A stretch of DNA of 64,000 bases from Eledone cirrhosa (Eukaryota). Shown here piece by piece: positions 51,501 through 60,414 of this stretch; position 1 is the stretch's first letter; each line of letters begins with the position of its first letter. The position numbers and the translations under genes were made by a program. The notes under the pieces are model-generated. The model worked only from the letters and a program-made list of their open reading frames with translations. It was not told the origin of the DNA and did no database searches. The DNA is taken from contig OZ024752.1 in NCBI GenBank assembly GCA_964016885.1, forward strand, positions 744,001 to 808,000, written 5' to 3'.

Positions 51501-53166
51501 ATACAGAGTGAGAGAATGGAAGTGAGAAAGAGATATACAGGAAGAATCGACCCTAGTACTTGACTGGTACTTTTTCTTATCAACCTCAAATGGATTGATC
51601 TTAATAATAATAATAATAATGAAATTATTGTGTACAGTGCTCAGGTGCACTACAACTCATCAAAGGTGCATGTATAGTACATAGAATAATGTACAAATGT
51701 CAGGAAAATAAACAGTGTATGAGTCATGATATAATAACAATAACAATAATGAAATATTGTGCACAGTGCCCAGGTGCACCACAACCCATCAAAAAAGTGC
51801 ATGTACAGTACATAGGGCAATGCACAAACATCAGTAAAATGAACAGTGCACACATGTGTGCATGTGTATGGAAGGGGCACATCAGGTGTAGTTTTGGCGT
51901 ATTTCGGGAAGCATGAGTGTCTTAAAGGATGCAGTGTCTCGGCAGCTAACAATTGACGCAGGCAGTTTGTTCCATGTTTCAGCAACTCTGAGCGTGAAAA
52001 AATGTCTGCGAAAGTCATGGGAGCTGTGCTGTTTTCTTATCTTGTAGGCATGTCCACGTGTGTTAGACACATGGAGATCAAAGAGGCGCTCAGGGTTGCA
52101 GTTGGCGAGATGGTTAAAAACTTTGTGGGTATTCACCAAGTCCACTGCCAGACGTCGGAGCTTCAATGAATCCATGCCCAGGGAAGCAAGGCGTTCAGAG
52201 TATGGTAGGTGTCTGATGGAGGGTATGCGCTTGGTTGCACGTCTCTGAACAGTTTCCAGGAGGTCAATGTTCCGAGCAAGATAGGGGTTCCAGACTGATG
52301 ATGCGAATTCCAAGTGTGGTCGCACCATAGCTGTATACAGTTTTAAATAGATGGCTGGAGAGCGGCTAACAAAGGTCTTGCTGAGTGATGCCAAGACACC
52401 CTCGGCCTTCTTGACAATCTTAGAGACATGCTTTGTCCAACGCAAATCGTTGCTGACAGTAATGCCCAGGTCACGTTCACAAGAGGACTTTTTGATGTCA
52501 GTGTTGTGGAGGGAGTATGTGGACGCTGGATTTTTCCTTCCAAAATGCATGGTGGTACACTTGTCCACAGCCAGCTTCAGTTGCCAGTCTGTGATCCATT
52601 GCTGCATTGTGTCCAGGTCTGATTGTAGGAAAGAGTTGTAAATTTCAGGATCAGTCCTTTTGATTTCAAGGTACAGCTTGATGTCATCTGCATATTTTAG
52701 TACCGTGGCATTCTGTAAGTTGGCATCTATGTCATTAATATATGCCACAAACAAAAGAGGACCAAGAACAGATCCCTGTGGTACACCAGATGACATCTCA
52801 TATGGTGAAGAATGCTGTCCTAGAACTGTGACTACTTCCTTTCGGCTGAGAATGAAGGATTTCAGCCAGTCGAAAAGATCATCCCTCACACCCATTGCAG
52901 AGAGTTTTGCCATAAGTCTTTTGTGTGGCACAGAATTAAAAGCCTTAGCAAAGTCAAGGTAAACAACATCCACCCATGAGCCGCTGTCAGTGATCTTATT
53001 AGTAAGAGAGGGCCTACAAAGATTATAGGGTCTGTCCCATCAATAAAAGAAATCGAGTGTGTGTGTGTGATTGTGTATGTATGCTTGCACATAATTTAGA
53101 GACAATTCTTTAAATTTGTTTTACCAAGCCTGTCTTTTCTTGTTTTACAGCAGTGAGGGTTGTCAT
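17418..53166 (-). CDS. HORMAD1: Meiotic HORMA-domain protein (Hop1/HORMAD1/HORMAD2 family) with central PHD finger and winged-helix; 19 coding exons, 541 aa
   Basis: Hand-spliced join on minus strand (53125-53166, 50405-50549, 48699-48799, 47534-47554, 46687-46713, 43583-43644, 42091-42242, 41897-41997, 40304-40314, 39075-39165, 34093-34174, 32902-32972, 31839-31955, 25930-25995, 24568-24737, 23987-24095, 22350-22445, 20483-20548, 17418-17513). All introns GT-AG, phases chain with no stop, total 1626 nt. HORMAD motifs: S..FVKKLLAVAVSNIVYLRAMFPE.AF, KILRED..CPG, CFDAV.KKY, ESYTFKFSY, LPD...MTIKLFYYD.VTPADYEPPGFK, G.VSTPFH. The symbol names the family; HORMAD1 vs HORMAD2 is a vertebrate distinction. 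Confidence 0.93.
20160..20367. mobile_element. TTAA-flanked MITE (piggyBac-type)
   Basis: ttaa|ccgtttagtgttta ... taaatgctaaaggg|ttaa. Confidence 0.8.
20483..20548 (-). CDS. HORMAD1: HORMAD exon (SNPTSVTGPVTRRKRLLATGPS)
   Basis: 66 nt, ctttatacag / gtaagt; inside ORF 20360..20578. Confidence 0.8.
21648..22100 (-). mobile_element. RTE-clade LINE 3' fragment (family of 14380-15940)
   Basis: MSQERIAGQILLAKPIGRRPRGRPQARWLDNI; adjacent 21200-21640 holds older RTE debris. Confidence 0.85.
22350..22445 (-). CDS. HORMAD1: HORMAD exon (IDKLSQNTKELSIMENSPSVMSQSGKENNCSM)
   Basis: 96 nt, ttattccag / gtaaaa; inside ORF 22335..22574. Confidence 0.8.
23987..24095 (-). CDS. HORMAD1: HORMAD exon (RSTKIVDSKKLEAGLQKYLRRNIWKNITEEEFHNNNN)
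   Basis: 109 nt, ttttag / gtaagt, phase 2 to 0. Confidence 0.85.
24189..24505 (-). mobile_element. Non-autonomous Helitron, ~315 bp
   Basis: Minus-strand 5' TATACTACTAAAG; 3' hairpin CATGACCCAATGGGTCATG followed by CTAG|T; no TSD. Confidence 0.7.
24568..24737 (-). CDS. HORMAD1: HORMAD winged-helix exon (TTCMWRRALLFCTQENKITLPEFTKKLGLENTVAHGLFHRLESEGFVKKNTNGKLK)
   Basis: 170 nt, ctctag / gtaatt; HTH-like pattern F.KKLGL...VA..L..RL..EGFV. Confidence 0.9.
25930..25995 (-). CDS. HORMAD1: HORMAD exon (PGYERKNPTDPSLIGLSPTSLQ)
   Basis: 66 nt, ttttag / gtaagc, phase 0-0. Confidence 0.83.
26327..26543. mobile_element. TTAA-flanked MITE (piggyBac-type)
   Basis: ttaa|ccctt ... aaaggg|ttaa; partial relative near 18230-18410. 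Confidence 0.75.
27470..28615 (+). mobile_element. RTE-clade LINE decayed RT/3' fragment (family of 14380-15940)
   Basis: Colinear nucleotide similarity to 14735-15900. Confidence 0.88.
29600..30442 (-). mobile_element. RTE LINE 3' portion with PHD-like finger, flanked by (TA)n
   Basis: PSRKWPCSKC..CRQCRSWVHKRC..CSRC, VDSFRYLG, TMLHGSETW, RRLCWYGHV, GRQRK; tail ggacgtaaaa(TGA)n. Confidence 0.92.
30530..31758 (+). mobile_element. Non-autonomous Helitron, ~1.2 kb
   Basis: 5' tatactataaaa..gtctgtctgtc; 3' GC-rich imperfect hairpin ccgggcaaagctggg then CTAG|T at 31755-31758; internal ~90-bp tandem duplication near 31000-31175. Confidence 0.65.
31839..31955 (-). CDS. HORMAD1: HORMAD PHD-finger exon (EDGLMILCDICNYWQHAVCFKILSENDIPMNHVCESCAE)
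   Basis: 117 nt, ttttgcag / gtttgt; completes the C4-H-C3 pattern. Confidence 0.92.
32001..32127. repeat. Two-copy ~64-bp tandem duplication
   Basis: taaggtgaattta...gttaacatgtgggagt.caacact.acatgata repeated twice. Confidence 0.85.
32902..32972 (-). CDS. HORMAD1: HORMAD exon (GPSKKPVKANNNLDVQNCPCGYNQ), start of PHD finger
   Basis: 71 nt, ttccttag / gtaaaa; first CxC pair of PHD. Confidence 0.87.
34093..34174 (-). CDS. HORMAD1: HORMAD linker exon (LINESNTQGGKFHIDPTYSKSNLDSSF)
   Basis: 82 nt, tttttcag / gtaaat; phase 0 to 1 bridges the flanking exons; no motif support. Confidence 0.72.
35141..35667. repeat. 40-bp minisatellite, ~13 copies (cacatctaggaccacatacaacacataa(t/g)cag(g/a)taataca)
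   Basis: Exact 40-nt periodicity from 35161 to 35667, no indels. Confidence 0.97.
35670..36729 (+). pseudogene. C-terminal half of Buster/Charlie-type (ZBED8/SCAND3-like) transposase with stops
   Basis: CATDDARAM, HCVIHRQHL, LLLHNEVRWLSKG, FPSSYLV, GDLRL; in-frame stops at 36210-36212 and 36504-36506. Confidence 0.92.
38450..39035 (+). mobile_element. RTE-tailed SINE-like element with tandemly reiterated internal module
   Basis: Repeated caactggccaga../ttaggaagggcatccag/atgagcaaggta modules; tail aacccatgcaagcat..aaacgatga. Confidence 0.75.
39075..39165 (-). CDS. HORMAD1: HORMAD exon (IKLRIKTNKEQFEEKDNIENTLGKSCNSTK), end of HORMA domain
   Basis: 91 nt, tcttttcag acceptor; weaker gttaaa donor; phase fits the next exon. 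Confidence 0.82.
39290..39570. repeat. 27-bp tandem repeat (cattattaaagtaaatattgcatgtaa) interrupted by a SINE at ~39350-39503
   Basis: Units on both sides of the SINE. Confidence 0.85.
40304..40314 (-). CDS. HORMAD1: HORMAD 11-nt microexon (PFH + 2 nt of L)
   Basis: ttcttatttcttttcag CCATTTCATTT gtaagta; supplies the conserved PFH of VSTPFH and exactly the phase (0 to 2) the next exon requires. Confidence 0.88.
40444..40751. mobile_element. hAT MITE, 308 bp
   Basis: TIRs CAGTG(A/G)TTCC; 8-bp TSD ctttaaag/ctttgaag. Confidence 0.85.
41450..41861. mobile_element. Fold-back element with ~95-bp inverted arms; right arm interrupted by a 5'-truncated SINE (41711-41822)
   Basis: atattgttatatttggggagggtcatgttgttctaatattgccagaaaaatatagtaaaacacactcactgtttggttt is mirrored at 41643-41861; SINE flanked by duplicated aatattagaacaa. 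Confidence 0.9.
41897..41997 (-). CDS. HORMAD1: HORMAD exon (VTPADYEPPGFKTTNSNNFQFEEPMNIKMGNVST)
   Basis: 101 nt after a 93-nt intron, ccttatag / gtaagt; TP.DY.PPGF motif. Confidence 0.95.
42091..42242 (-). CDS. HORMAD1: HORMAD exon (RNNTKVSSAYSANDTKKATIQLLRTIIVLTQTLKPLPDEALMTIKLFYYDN)
   Basis: 152 nt, ttatag / gtatgt; DTKKA..L.R....L.PLP....T.KLFYYD motif. Confidence 0.95.
43583..43644 (-). CDS. HORMAD1: HORMAD exon (SIIESYTFKFSYMDSGIDIY)
   Basis: 62 nt, ttcttccag / gtaatt; E.Y.FKF.Y motif. Confidence 0.93.
44530..45752 (+). mobile_element. RTE LINE 3' portion (open 286-aa ORF 44599-45459) with PHD-like finger and long SINE-like 3' region
   Basis: GLKVNMTKTKVL-C4HC3-VDSFCYLG-AMLHGSETW-RRLRWYGHV-GRPKMTW; tail ggacgtaaaacgg(TGA)n. 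Confidence 0.95.
46687..46713 (-). CDS. HORMAD1: HORMAD 27-nt microexon (IYMDPNDLN)
   Basis: ttcttcttttcag / gtaagt, phase 0-0; aligns to the Y..P.DP segment of HORMADs. Confidence 0.9.
47534..47554 (-). CDS. HORMAD1: HORMAD 21-nt microexon (LEQLIIG)
   Basis: ttcacag / gtaagt, phase 0-0; fills the HORMA strand after KKY. Confidence 0.88.
48699..48799 (-). CDS. HORMAD1: HORMAD exon ([34 protein letters not shown])
   Basis: 101 nt, ttacag / gtaatt; resembles KILRED..CPG...KWM..C.DA..KKY of HORMAD1/2. Confidence 0.95.
49070..49613. mobile_element. Tigger/pogo-type non-autonomous element
   Basis: TA|CAGT ... ACTG|TA ends; subterminal gcgggggataca and ctgcgata motifs. Confidence 0.7.
50405..50549 (-). 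CDS. HORMAD1: HORMAD exon (WASMFPNEQVTEQQSALFVKKLLAVAVSNIVYLRAMFPEQAFGDRSLE), start of HORMA domain
   Basis: 145 nt, tttcag / gtaagg; YLR..FPE HORMA signature; lies inside ORF 50355..50570. Confidence 0.95.
50622..50780 (-). pseudogene. Partial tandem duplicate of HORMAD coding exon 2 with its acceptor
   Basis: 159-nt copy of 50436-50594 at offset 186 with 3 substitutions; acceptor kept at 50736-50737; donor end missing. Confidence 0.92.
51602..52990 (-). mobile_element. CR1-clade LINE, 5'-truncated, young copy with (ATT)n tail
   Basis: Uninterrupted RT ORF plus 3' UTR shared with the copy at 60415-61120. Confidence 0.95.
51882..52973 (-). CDS. CR1 reverse transcriptase C-terminal ORF (363 aa, no true start)
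   Basis: YLDFAKAF, GVPQGSVLGPLLF, YADD, ERDLG, VRPHLE, QRRATK, TRGH, WNKLP. Confidence 0.9.
   Translation of the reverse strand: MDVVYLDFAKAFNSVPHKRLMAKLSAMGVRDDLFDWLKSFILSRKEVVTVLGQHSSPYEMSSGVPQGSVLGPLLFVAYINDIDANLQNATVLKYADDIKLYLEIKRTDPEIYNSFLQSDLDTMQQWITDWQLKLAVDKCTTMHFGRKNPASTYSLHNTDIKKSSCERDLGITVSNDLRWTKHVSKIVKKAEGVLASLSKTFVSRSPAIYLKLYTAMVRPHLEFASSVWNPYLARNIDLLETVQRRATKRIPSIRHLPYSERLASLGMDSLKLRRLAVDLVNTHKVFNHLANCNPERLFDLHVSNTRGHAYKIRKQHSSHDFRRHFFTLRVAETWNKLPASIVSCRDTASFKTLMLPEIRQNYT
53125..53166 (-). CDS. HORMAD1: HORMAD coding exon 1 (MTTLTAVKQEKTGL); exon spans 53125-53212 including 46 nt of 5' UTR
   Basis: tttcag acceptor at 53213-53214; in-frame TAG/TGA upstream of AAAATG; phase-0 donor gtaaaa joins in frame to WASMFP. 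Confidence 0.65.
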
Positions 53167-53865
53167 TTTTACTGGGCTTTTTTGATATCACTAAGTCTTC
53201 AGCTTATATGTTCTGAAATTTAAAATATAAAATAAAATATGGATAGATTTTATACAACTGTAATGCAAAAAGAATCCATTGTAAAACAAAAATGTTTACA
53301 CTGATGTACTCTTAAGTCCATTTACCTAAAGTAGCCTTCAATATATTTCTCAGTTTGGAACTTTTAAAACTAAAGAATATCTTTTCTTATTTTATCTATA
53401 TGGAAAAGTTATTACCAGCCATTCATAGAAGGAAAACAAAAGAAAATAAAGTGGGCATACATCATCATCATCATCATCATTTTTCCACACTTGCCATAAT
53501 GGAGATTATTATTGACTAATAATCTCCAATTGCTCTGCAAATGAATGTGATACTTTAGCTGTATTGAAACGTTCATAGAAATGTATGAATGAATAATAAT
53601 TTCTTATCCTTGACTTTCTTACAATTTTGAATATATATATATATATCAACTAGAAATTGATTGACATATATATATATTTAAAATAAACACATGAAACAAT
53701 CACAGGGGATAATTTGTAAAGTGTGTAATCACACATAGCTAGGTAAGTAACTAATTAAAGTTTAAGTAGAGCTTCAAATATTACCTTTTTAAAAAATGAT
53801 ACGGTGGATACAGCGCATGTCTCGGACATGACTCCCTCAATTTAATTTAATTAAATTAATTTTGA

Positions 53866-53896
<31 letters not shown>

Positions 53897-53898
<2 letters not shown>

Positions 53899-54372
53899 AC
53901 CTTTAGTAAGTTATTTTTTAGGAACTCCCAGTGCTCTTCTACATTGAATGTCTCTATTTGTTCTTCTTTACTGTTATAGGCGTCGAGTAAGATATCTTTA
54001 AATCTGTTACTGGCTGAGGGGTCTTTCAGCTTCCAGATCTTTCTTCTCCAGGTTGCCTTCTGTTTCCAAGTTCGTCTAGTTCTGACAATGAAGTCACTGA
54101 CAACTAAGTTATGCTGTGAGGTACATTCCTCTCCAGGGAATGCTTTTGTGTTTACAATCATCCATCTGTCACGTCTTCTGATGAGGATAAAATCTATCTG
54201 ACTACAATGCTCCTCTGATCTATTGGTGATCAGATGGTTGTCAGGTCTTTTGAAGTTTGTGTTACATATCGACATTTCATTGGCATCACAGAATTCTAGA
54301 AGCCTTAAGCCTTCTTCATTTCTTGTGCCAAACCCGTGACCTCCATGGATTCTATAGAAGCCGTCACAGTGT
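53897..54372 (-). mobile_element. RTE LINE AP-endonuclease fragment between (TA)n tracts
   Basis: HGGHGFGTRNEEGLRLLEFC, NTNFK, SQIDFIL, SQHNLVVSDF. Confidence 0.9.
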
Positions 54373-54469
54373 TTATATATATATATATATATGTGTGTAT
54401 GTATATACATACATATCATCATCATCATCAGCATCATCATATATATATATGTATATACATACATCTTTC

Positions 54470-54775
54470 TCCGTAAAGTTATGTTGGTACCACAACGTCC
54501 AGTCCTAAATAAATGAGGTCGTGGAGGTGTCACAACAACAAAAAAAAAAAACACACAGTCCAGGCTGTAATGTGGCCGTGTAGGTAACACGGTAAAAACC
54601 TCCCAGTCCACACTGTAAACGTGGTTGGTGTTAGGAAGGGCATCCAGCCGTAGAAAACCTGCCAGACAGTCCTATGCGAGCAAGACAACCAATCTTGCCT
54701 CAAGTGGGACAATTCCTGTCCAGACATATGGTAGCATGGAAGATGGACGTTAAATGATGATGATGATGATGATGA
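54470..54775 (+). mobile_element. SINE-like 3' module of the RTE family
   Basis: gttggtgttaggaagggcatccagccgtagaaa ... ggacgttaaa(TGA)n; reverse-complement relative of 58451-58860. Confidence 0.85.
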
Positions 54776-55300
<525 letters not shown>

Positions 55301-55336
55301 ATGTTTTGAAACAGTGAGCGAGTTGGAAATTAGAAA

Positions 55337-55533
55337 ATATATAGCTTTCACCGTATTTTGACTAAAGGAATTTTAGCTTGATAACGGGGTTTAGAACCCT
55401 CAGATAAATGATGAGTATTGAAGTACATGTACGTCAATACTCATCTTTTTCCATTTATCTGAGGGTTCTAAACCCCGTTATCAAGCTAAAATTCCTTTAT
55501 TCCTTTAATCAAAATACGGTGAAAGCTATATAT
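55337..55533. repeat. Near-perfect ~195-bp palindrome
   Basis: tatagctttcaccgtattttga..aaaggaattttagcttgataacggggtttagaaccctcagataaatg..atgagtattga mirrored around agtacatgtacg. Confidence 0.92.
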
Positions 55534-55712
55534 ATATATATATATATAAAATATTAAACAAATATTGTTTAATATTTTATCTTGACTCTGTATACCGTTT
55601 ATCTTTCACCGAAAGTGATTTTTCATTACATCTCTTCTTTCCATGATATCCGGAATACATTGAGTTCTTCATACGGATTGGACACTACCGTAAACTCTTG
55701 GTAGATTTATCT

Positions 55713-55963
<251 letters not shown>

Positions 55964-56539
55964 TACATTATTCGCAATTGTAAAAATAACATTACAAATT
56001 GTTTATAATTCTTTCATAATGAAACCTTATTGTTAGTTTCGGGTGAAAATAGAATTGTGAACTTTTGCTATTATGTAATTTCATGTGCATCGTTTATTTC
56101 GATATGAATAAACAATATTCTTATTAGAAAATATAATGAAGAAAAGATTGATCTGTTGTAACCATATTTATAAGGAAACAGAAACAGGAAGAATTCGATG
56201 AAGTTAGTTAACTGTCTGCGATTTTCTACAGCAAGTAGTAAAGTACAAGTTAAGTTTAATCATAAAAATCTATTATTTCTTTGAGTAGTTTAATATTAAA
56301 AATGTAATATTTAAAACAAAAATGATTTTAAAATATTAAATATTCAAATAATAACAATAAAATAAATATAACATATCCGTTCGTCTTCATATTAAGTTAA
56401 AATAAATTATTTTTGCCCTGAACAAGAGACATTAAACAAATCTTCATAACCGAAGAAAAAATATATTATCAACAAAAACTATAAAATATTCGTGGAAATA
56501 TTCATAAATTACTTTAAAATATCATCGGCCAAAACTTAC

Positions 56540-56656
56540 TGATAATATTTCTTCCCTTTCTTCTACAAAGTTGTTTCGATGGTGTTTTTGATTGACGCGC
56601 CTTCAATGGAGAATGGAAGATGTGAAAGAGAGCAGACGATAGCTTTGTCACGTGAT
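56540..56656 (-). promoter_or_regulatory. Probable HORMAD non-coding first exon / core promoter
   Basis: Consensus donor CA|GTAAGT at 56538-56539; locally CpG-containing unique sequence; palindromic E-box TCACGTGA at 56648-56655; TSS cannot be determined. Confidence 0.45.
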
Positions 56657-56965
56657 ATGTGTGTGTGTGTCGCACTGCTTCTGTGTGTGAGAGAGTTAGT
56701 TTGTTTGTGTGTATGTGTGTGATTGCGTGTGTATTTGCTTGTTTATGTGTGCTTGTTTGCGTATGTGTATTTGTTTGTGTGCTTGTTTGTGTATGTTTTT
56801 GCGTATGTGCGTTTGTTTGTGTGTTAGTTTGTGTGTGTTTGCGTGTGTGAGTTTGTTTGCTTGTTTTTTATGTGCGTATGTCTGACTTTGTGTGAGTGTG
56901 TGTGCTTGTTTGTATGTGTATTTGTGTTTGTTTATGTGTGTGTATGTGTATGTTTGTGTGTGTGT
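56657..56965. repeat. Degenerate (GT/GTTT)n low-complexity tract
   Basis: Direct reading. Confidence 0.9.
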
Positions 56966-57429
56966 ACATATGCATATGATATATATTACCATCATCATCA
57001 ACATCATCATCATTTAACGTTTCTTTTACGACAATTATCATCAATGTATACCATTTATTTTATATTTCATATTGTATAATTTGCTGGTGGCGGTGTTTCT
57101 CGGATATATGGTTAAATATTTAAATTTTAAAAGGTTTACAAATAAATATTAAAATTAAGATACATAAAGCAATTGTATTTTTTAGATTAGATGAAAAATG
57201 AATCCAAATGTTATGGTTTTAAATGGTATGCGATTGGCAAAATAATATTTAAACGAAGTTTTAAATTGTTAAATACTATTAAGAAATTTATTATGGGTAA
57301 ATATAAATACAAAAATTAGAATACTTCTTACATATTGAAAATATAAACACAATCGTTAAATGTTTATGTCTGAAGTAAAGAGAATAAATAAAGCTATACG
57401 AAGTAGTGTTATTATTTTTAGCTTATCGA

Positions 57430-57930
57430 TAATTGATAAGACTATTTTGGCTTCGAACCGGCCCTTTAAACTACATTTTATCAAAAACAGATCGTAAAGA
57501 TTCACTTCTGTTCTTGCAGTGGCTCTCCAGAAACTCTTTGGCACTATTTGTTCGAATGTAGCAGCTATCAGTCTGAGAGAGAGAAGCCATGCTGAAACTA
57601 ACCTTTAAAAATCTACCAAGATTTGAGGTTCAATATATGAATAAAGGTCTACCAAATATAAACAAAATCTTTGAGTATATGGAAAATACGAAAAGATTCA
57701 ACAACAGAAACTGTTTTACAGCTCCCCTTGTTTCCTCTTTTCTTTTTCGTTTTCTTATGTATAATCTGCCTTCAATATTTGAAATTGTATTTTGTTATTT
57801 TTTTTATTACGTCTCACTAGCTCTTTTTGATTATAAACTGTAAGGAGTACTCGATACTTCCCTTAGGCTGTTATGGCTTACTAGCTCTATACGGACGTTT
57901 AAATTGAATAAATAAATAAATAAATTAATT
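57430..57930 (+). mobile_element. 3' fragment of an I-group (I/Nimb/Loa/R1-like) LINE
   Basis: LRTG-PLNYILSKTDRKDS then (frameshift) CSCSGSPETLWHYLFECSSYQSER, a C-terminal CCHC knuckle; (TAAA)n tail. Confidence 0.7.
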
Positions 57931-58042
57931 AATGATAAACGAATCTAAATATAGTTTTAAAAGAAAGCGATTAGTAAAGTACCTTCTAAACTACAGGGTG
58001 GTCCTAAAGACTTGTCACCCCTACATATTGTTTTAACTTTCA

Positions 58043-58430
58043 TATTGGCAGTATCGGTAGAGGATCGGACGCCATGCTTTCCGGCATAGTTACGTCCCTT
58101 TACGATCTGAGTTCAAATCCCGCCGAGGTAAACTTTGCCTTTCATCCTTACGGGGTCGATAAAATAAAGTAGCAGTAAGGCACTGGTTAATTGAAGGCCT
58201 TGTGCCTAAAGTAGAAATAATTATTGATTGGATTGGAGTGGAGTGGATTGGCAGTATCGGTAGAGGGTCGGACGCCATGCTTTGACGCATAGAGTTACGG
58301 CCCTTGCCATTCTGAGTTCAAATCCCGCCGAGGTTAACTTTGCCTTTCATCCTTATGGGGTTGATAAAATAAAGTACCAGTAATACACTGAGTAATTGCT
58401 GGCCTTGTGCCAAAAGTAGAAACAATTATT
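58043..58430 (+). mobile_element. Two tandem young tRNA-derived SINEs (short subfamily)
   Basis: A and B boxes, core and tail near-identical to 16718-16905, 59335-59522 and 60497-60686. Confidence 0.9.
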
Positions 58431-58450
58431 TTTTGTTTTAATAATATAGT

Positions 58451-59305
58451 ATCATCATCATCATCATCATCGTTTAACGTCCCTGTTCCACGCTTGCATG
58501 GGTTTGGATGGGGGTTTTCCCACTTGAGGCAAGAGTGGTTGTCTTGCTCGCATAGGACTGTCTGGCGGGTTTTCTACAGCTGGATGCCCTTCCTAACACC
58601 AACCACATTTACAGTGTGGGGCTGGGAGGTTTTTACCGTGTTGCCTACACGGCCACATTACAGCGTGGACTGTCTGGCGTGTTTTCTACAGCTGGATGCC
58701 CTTCCTAACACCAACCACATTTACAGTGTGGGACTGGGAGGTTTTTACCGTGTTGCCTACACGGCCACATTACAGCGTGGACTGTGTGTTTTTTTGTCGT
58801 GACACCTACATGATCTCGTTTGTTTCGGCCTGGATGTTGTGGCCCCAACATAACTTTGCATTGAAGGGGGTGGTGTGGATGGGGTGGGACGGGGGTGTAT
58901 TTTGTTAGAGATGCCTACTGACTAGTAGGTTTTACTTTGTATTTAGGTAAGGCGGGTCTTCTCTGTTACTGAGTACCGCCAAAGGTCTCGGTCCAGTGAC
59001 ATTGTCTTGGAGAGGTGTAAGTGTGTGAGGTCGGAATCTATCAGCTCGTCCCAGATTTTCCTGGGTCTGCCTACTCCGTGGCTACCATCTATCTTTATTG
59101 CCCTGCACTTTGTTATACAGCTGTCGTCTTTCATGCGCATCACGTGACCATACCAACGTAGCCTTCTCTCGAGTAAACAACATCTGATCCCTCTTATTTC
59201 TAATTTTTTCCTTAGTTCGTTTATGCTTTGCCGTTCATGTATATTACTATTACACATCCAGCGGAGCATGCAAGCTTCGTTCCTCTCTAGTCTGCGTATA
59301 TCCTC
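58451..59305 (-). mobile_element. RTE LINE 3' end plus SINE-like 3' region with an internal ~114-bp tandem duplication
   Basis: ORF 58943..59269 closely matches the C-terminus of ORF 44599..45459; (TGA)n tail. Confidence 0.92.
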
Positions 59306-59654
59306 TATATAGTATATAATATCATTAATTATAAGTGGATTGGCAGTATCGGTAGAGGGTCAGACGCCATGCTTTGACGCATAGAGTTACGGCCCTTGCC
59401 ATTCTATGTTCGAATCCCGCCGAGGTTAACTTTGCCTTTCATCCTTATGGGGTTGATAAAATAAAGTTCCAGTAATTCACTGGGGTAATTGCTGGCCTTG
59501 TGGCAAAAAGTAGAAACAATTAATTATAATATCATTAATTATACTATATAATAACTTTAATCGTTTATGCCAACATTCGTCAACGAACTAATATATATCT
59601 ATCATGTATGTATATCTATCTATACTATAGAGAGAGAAAGTGAGAGTGTAGAAA

Positions 59655-59765
59655 TGTCATATACCCAAGACTTACTTTCACACCTCTTCTACCTGTCATA
59701 TACCCAAGACTTACTTTCTCACCTCGCCAACCTGTCATATACCTAAGATATTTTCTCATCTCTCC
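59655..59765. repeat. ~39-bp tandem repeat, about 3 copies
   Basis: tgtcatatacccaagacttactttc.cacctc repeated. Confidence 0.85.
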
Positions 59766-60414
59766 TACATGTTATATTCCCATGAGTCAACGCTTATTAT
59801 CCTTTTTAATTTTACCCATCCTATCTCCCCCTCCCCAGTGGGCTCTTCAGTTCTGCTTGTGTCTGACAACCTTTCTAGTGCTGGTGCCATGAAAATTGTA
59901 CCCAGTACACCTTGTAGAGTGGTTGGTGATAGGATGGGCATCACAGCTATAGAAACCATGCCAAATAAATGTCATGAGGACTCTTCAGTTACGTGAGTGA
60001 GCCTTCCAAACACTTGAAATAATCTATTTCATGAATACAAGAAAAAGGGGCCAGGGTATGGCAGAAAAAGAGATGGACAGATATTAAGGAATGGACTGGA
60101 AGGAGTTTGGCAGAATGTATGGCAATGGCAAGAGAGAGGAAAAGATAGAGAGTGCTGGTCCATAAGTCTATGACCCCCGACCTTCAGATATTAAGGATGG
60201 GATGAGGTTAGGTTATTTCATGAGTACACATTCCGCTGACTATTGCCACATTTTAAGTTTACCTTTCTTGATAGCCTATCTGTGAACCCGTTACATCTCC
60301 TATATGTACACTGACCACACTGTATGGAGTTTCTAACTACCTCTTTTCAACATAATTACTTGATGGTTTCTGAGTCCTGCCATGTTTTCTACTTACTAAA
60401 ACTAGTCTTTAAAT

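Noticed and set aside
58240-58335. tRNA gene suggested by A and B boxes
   Set aside because: No cloverleaf; continues into the SINE core and tail found in many copies
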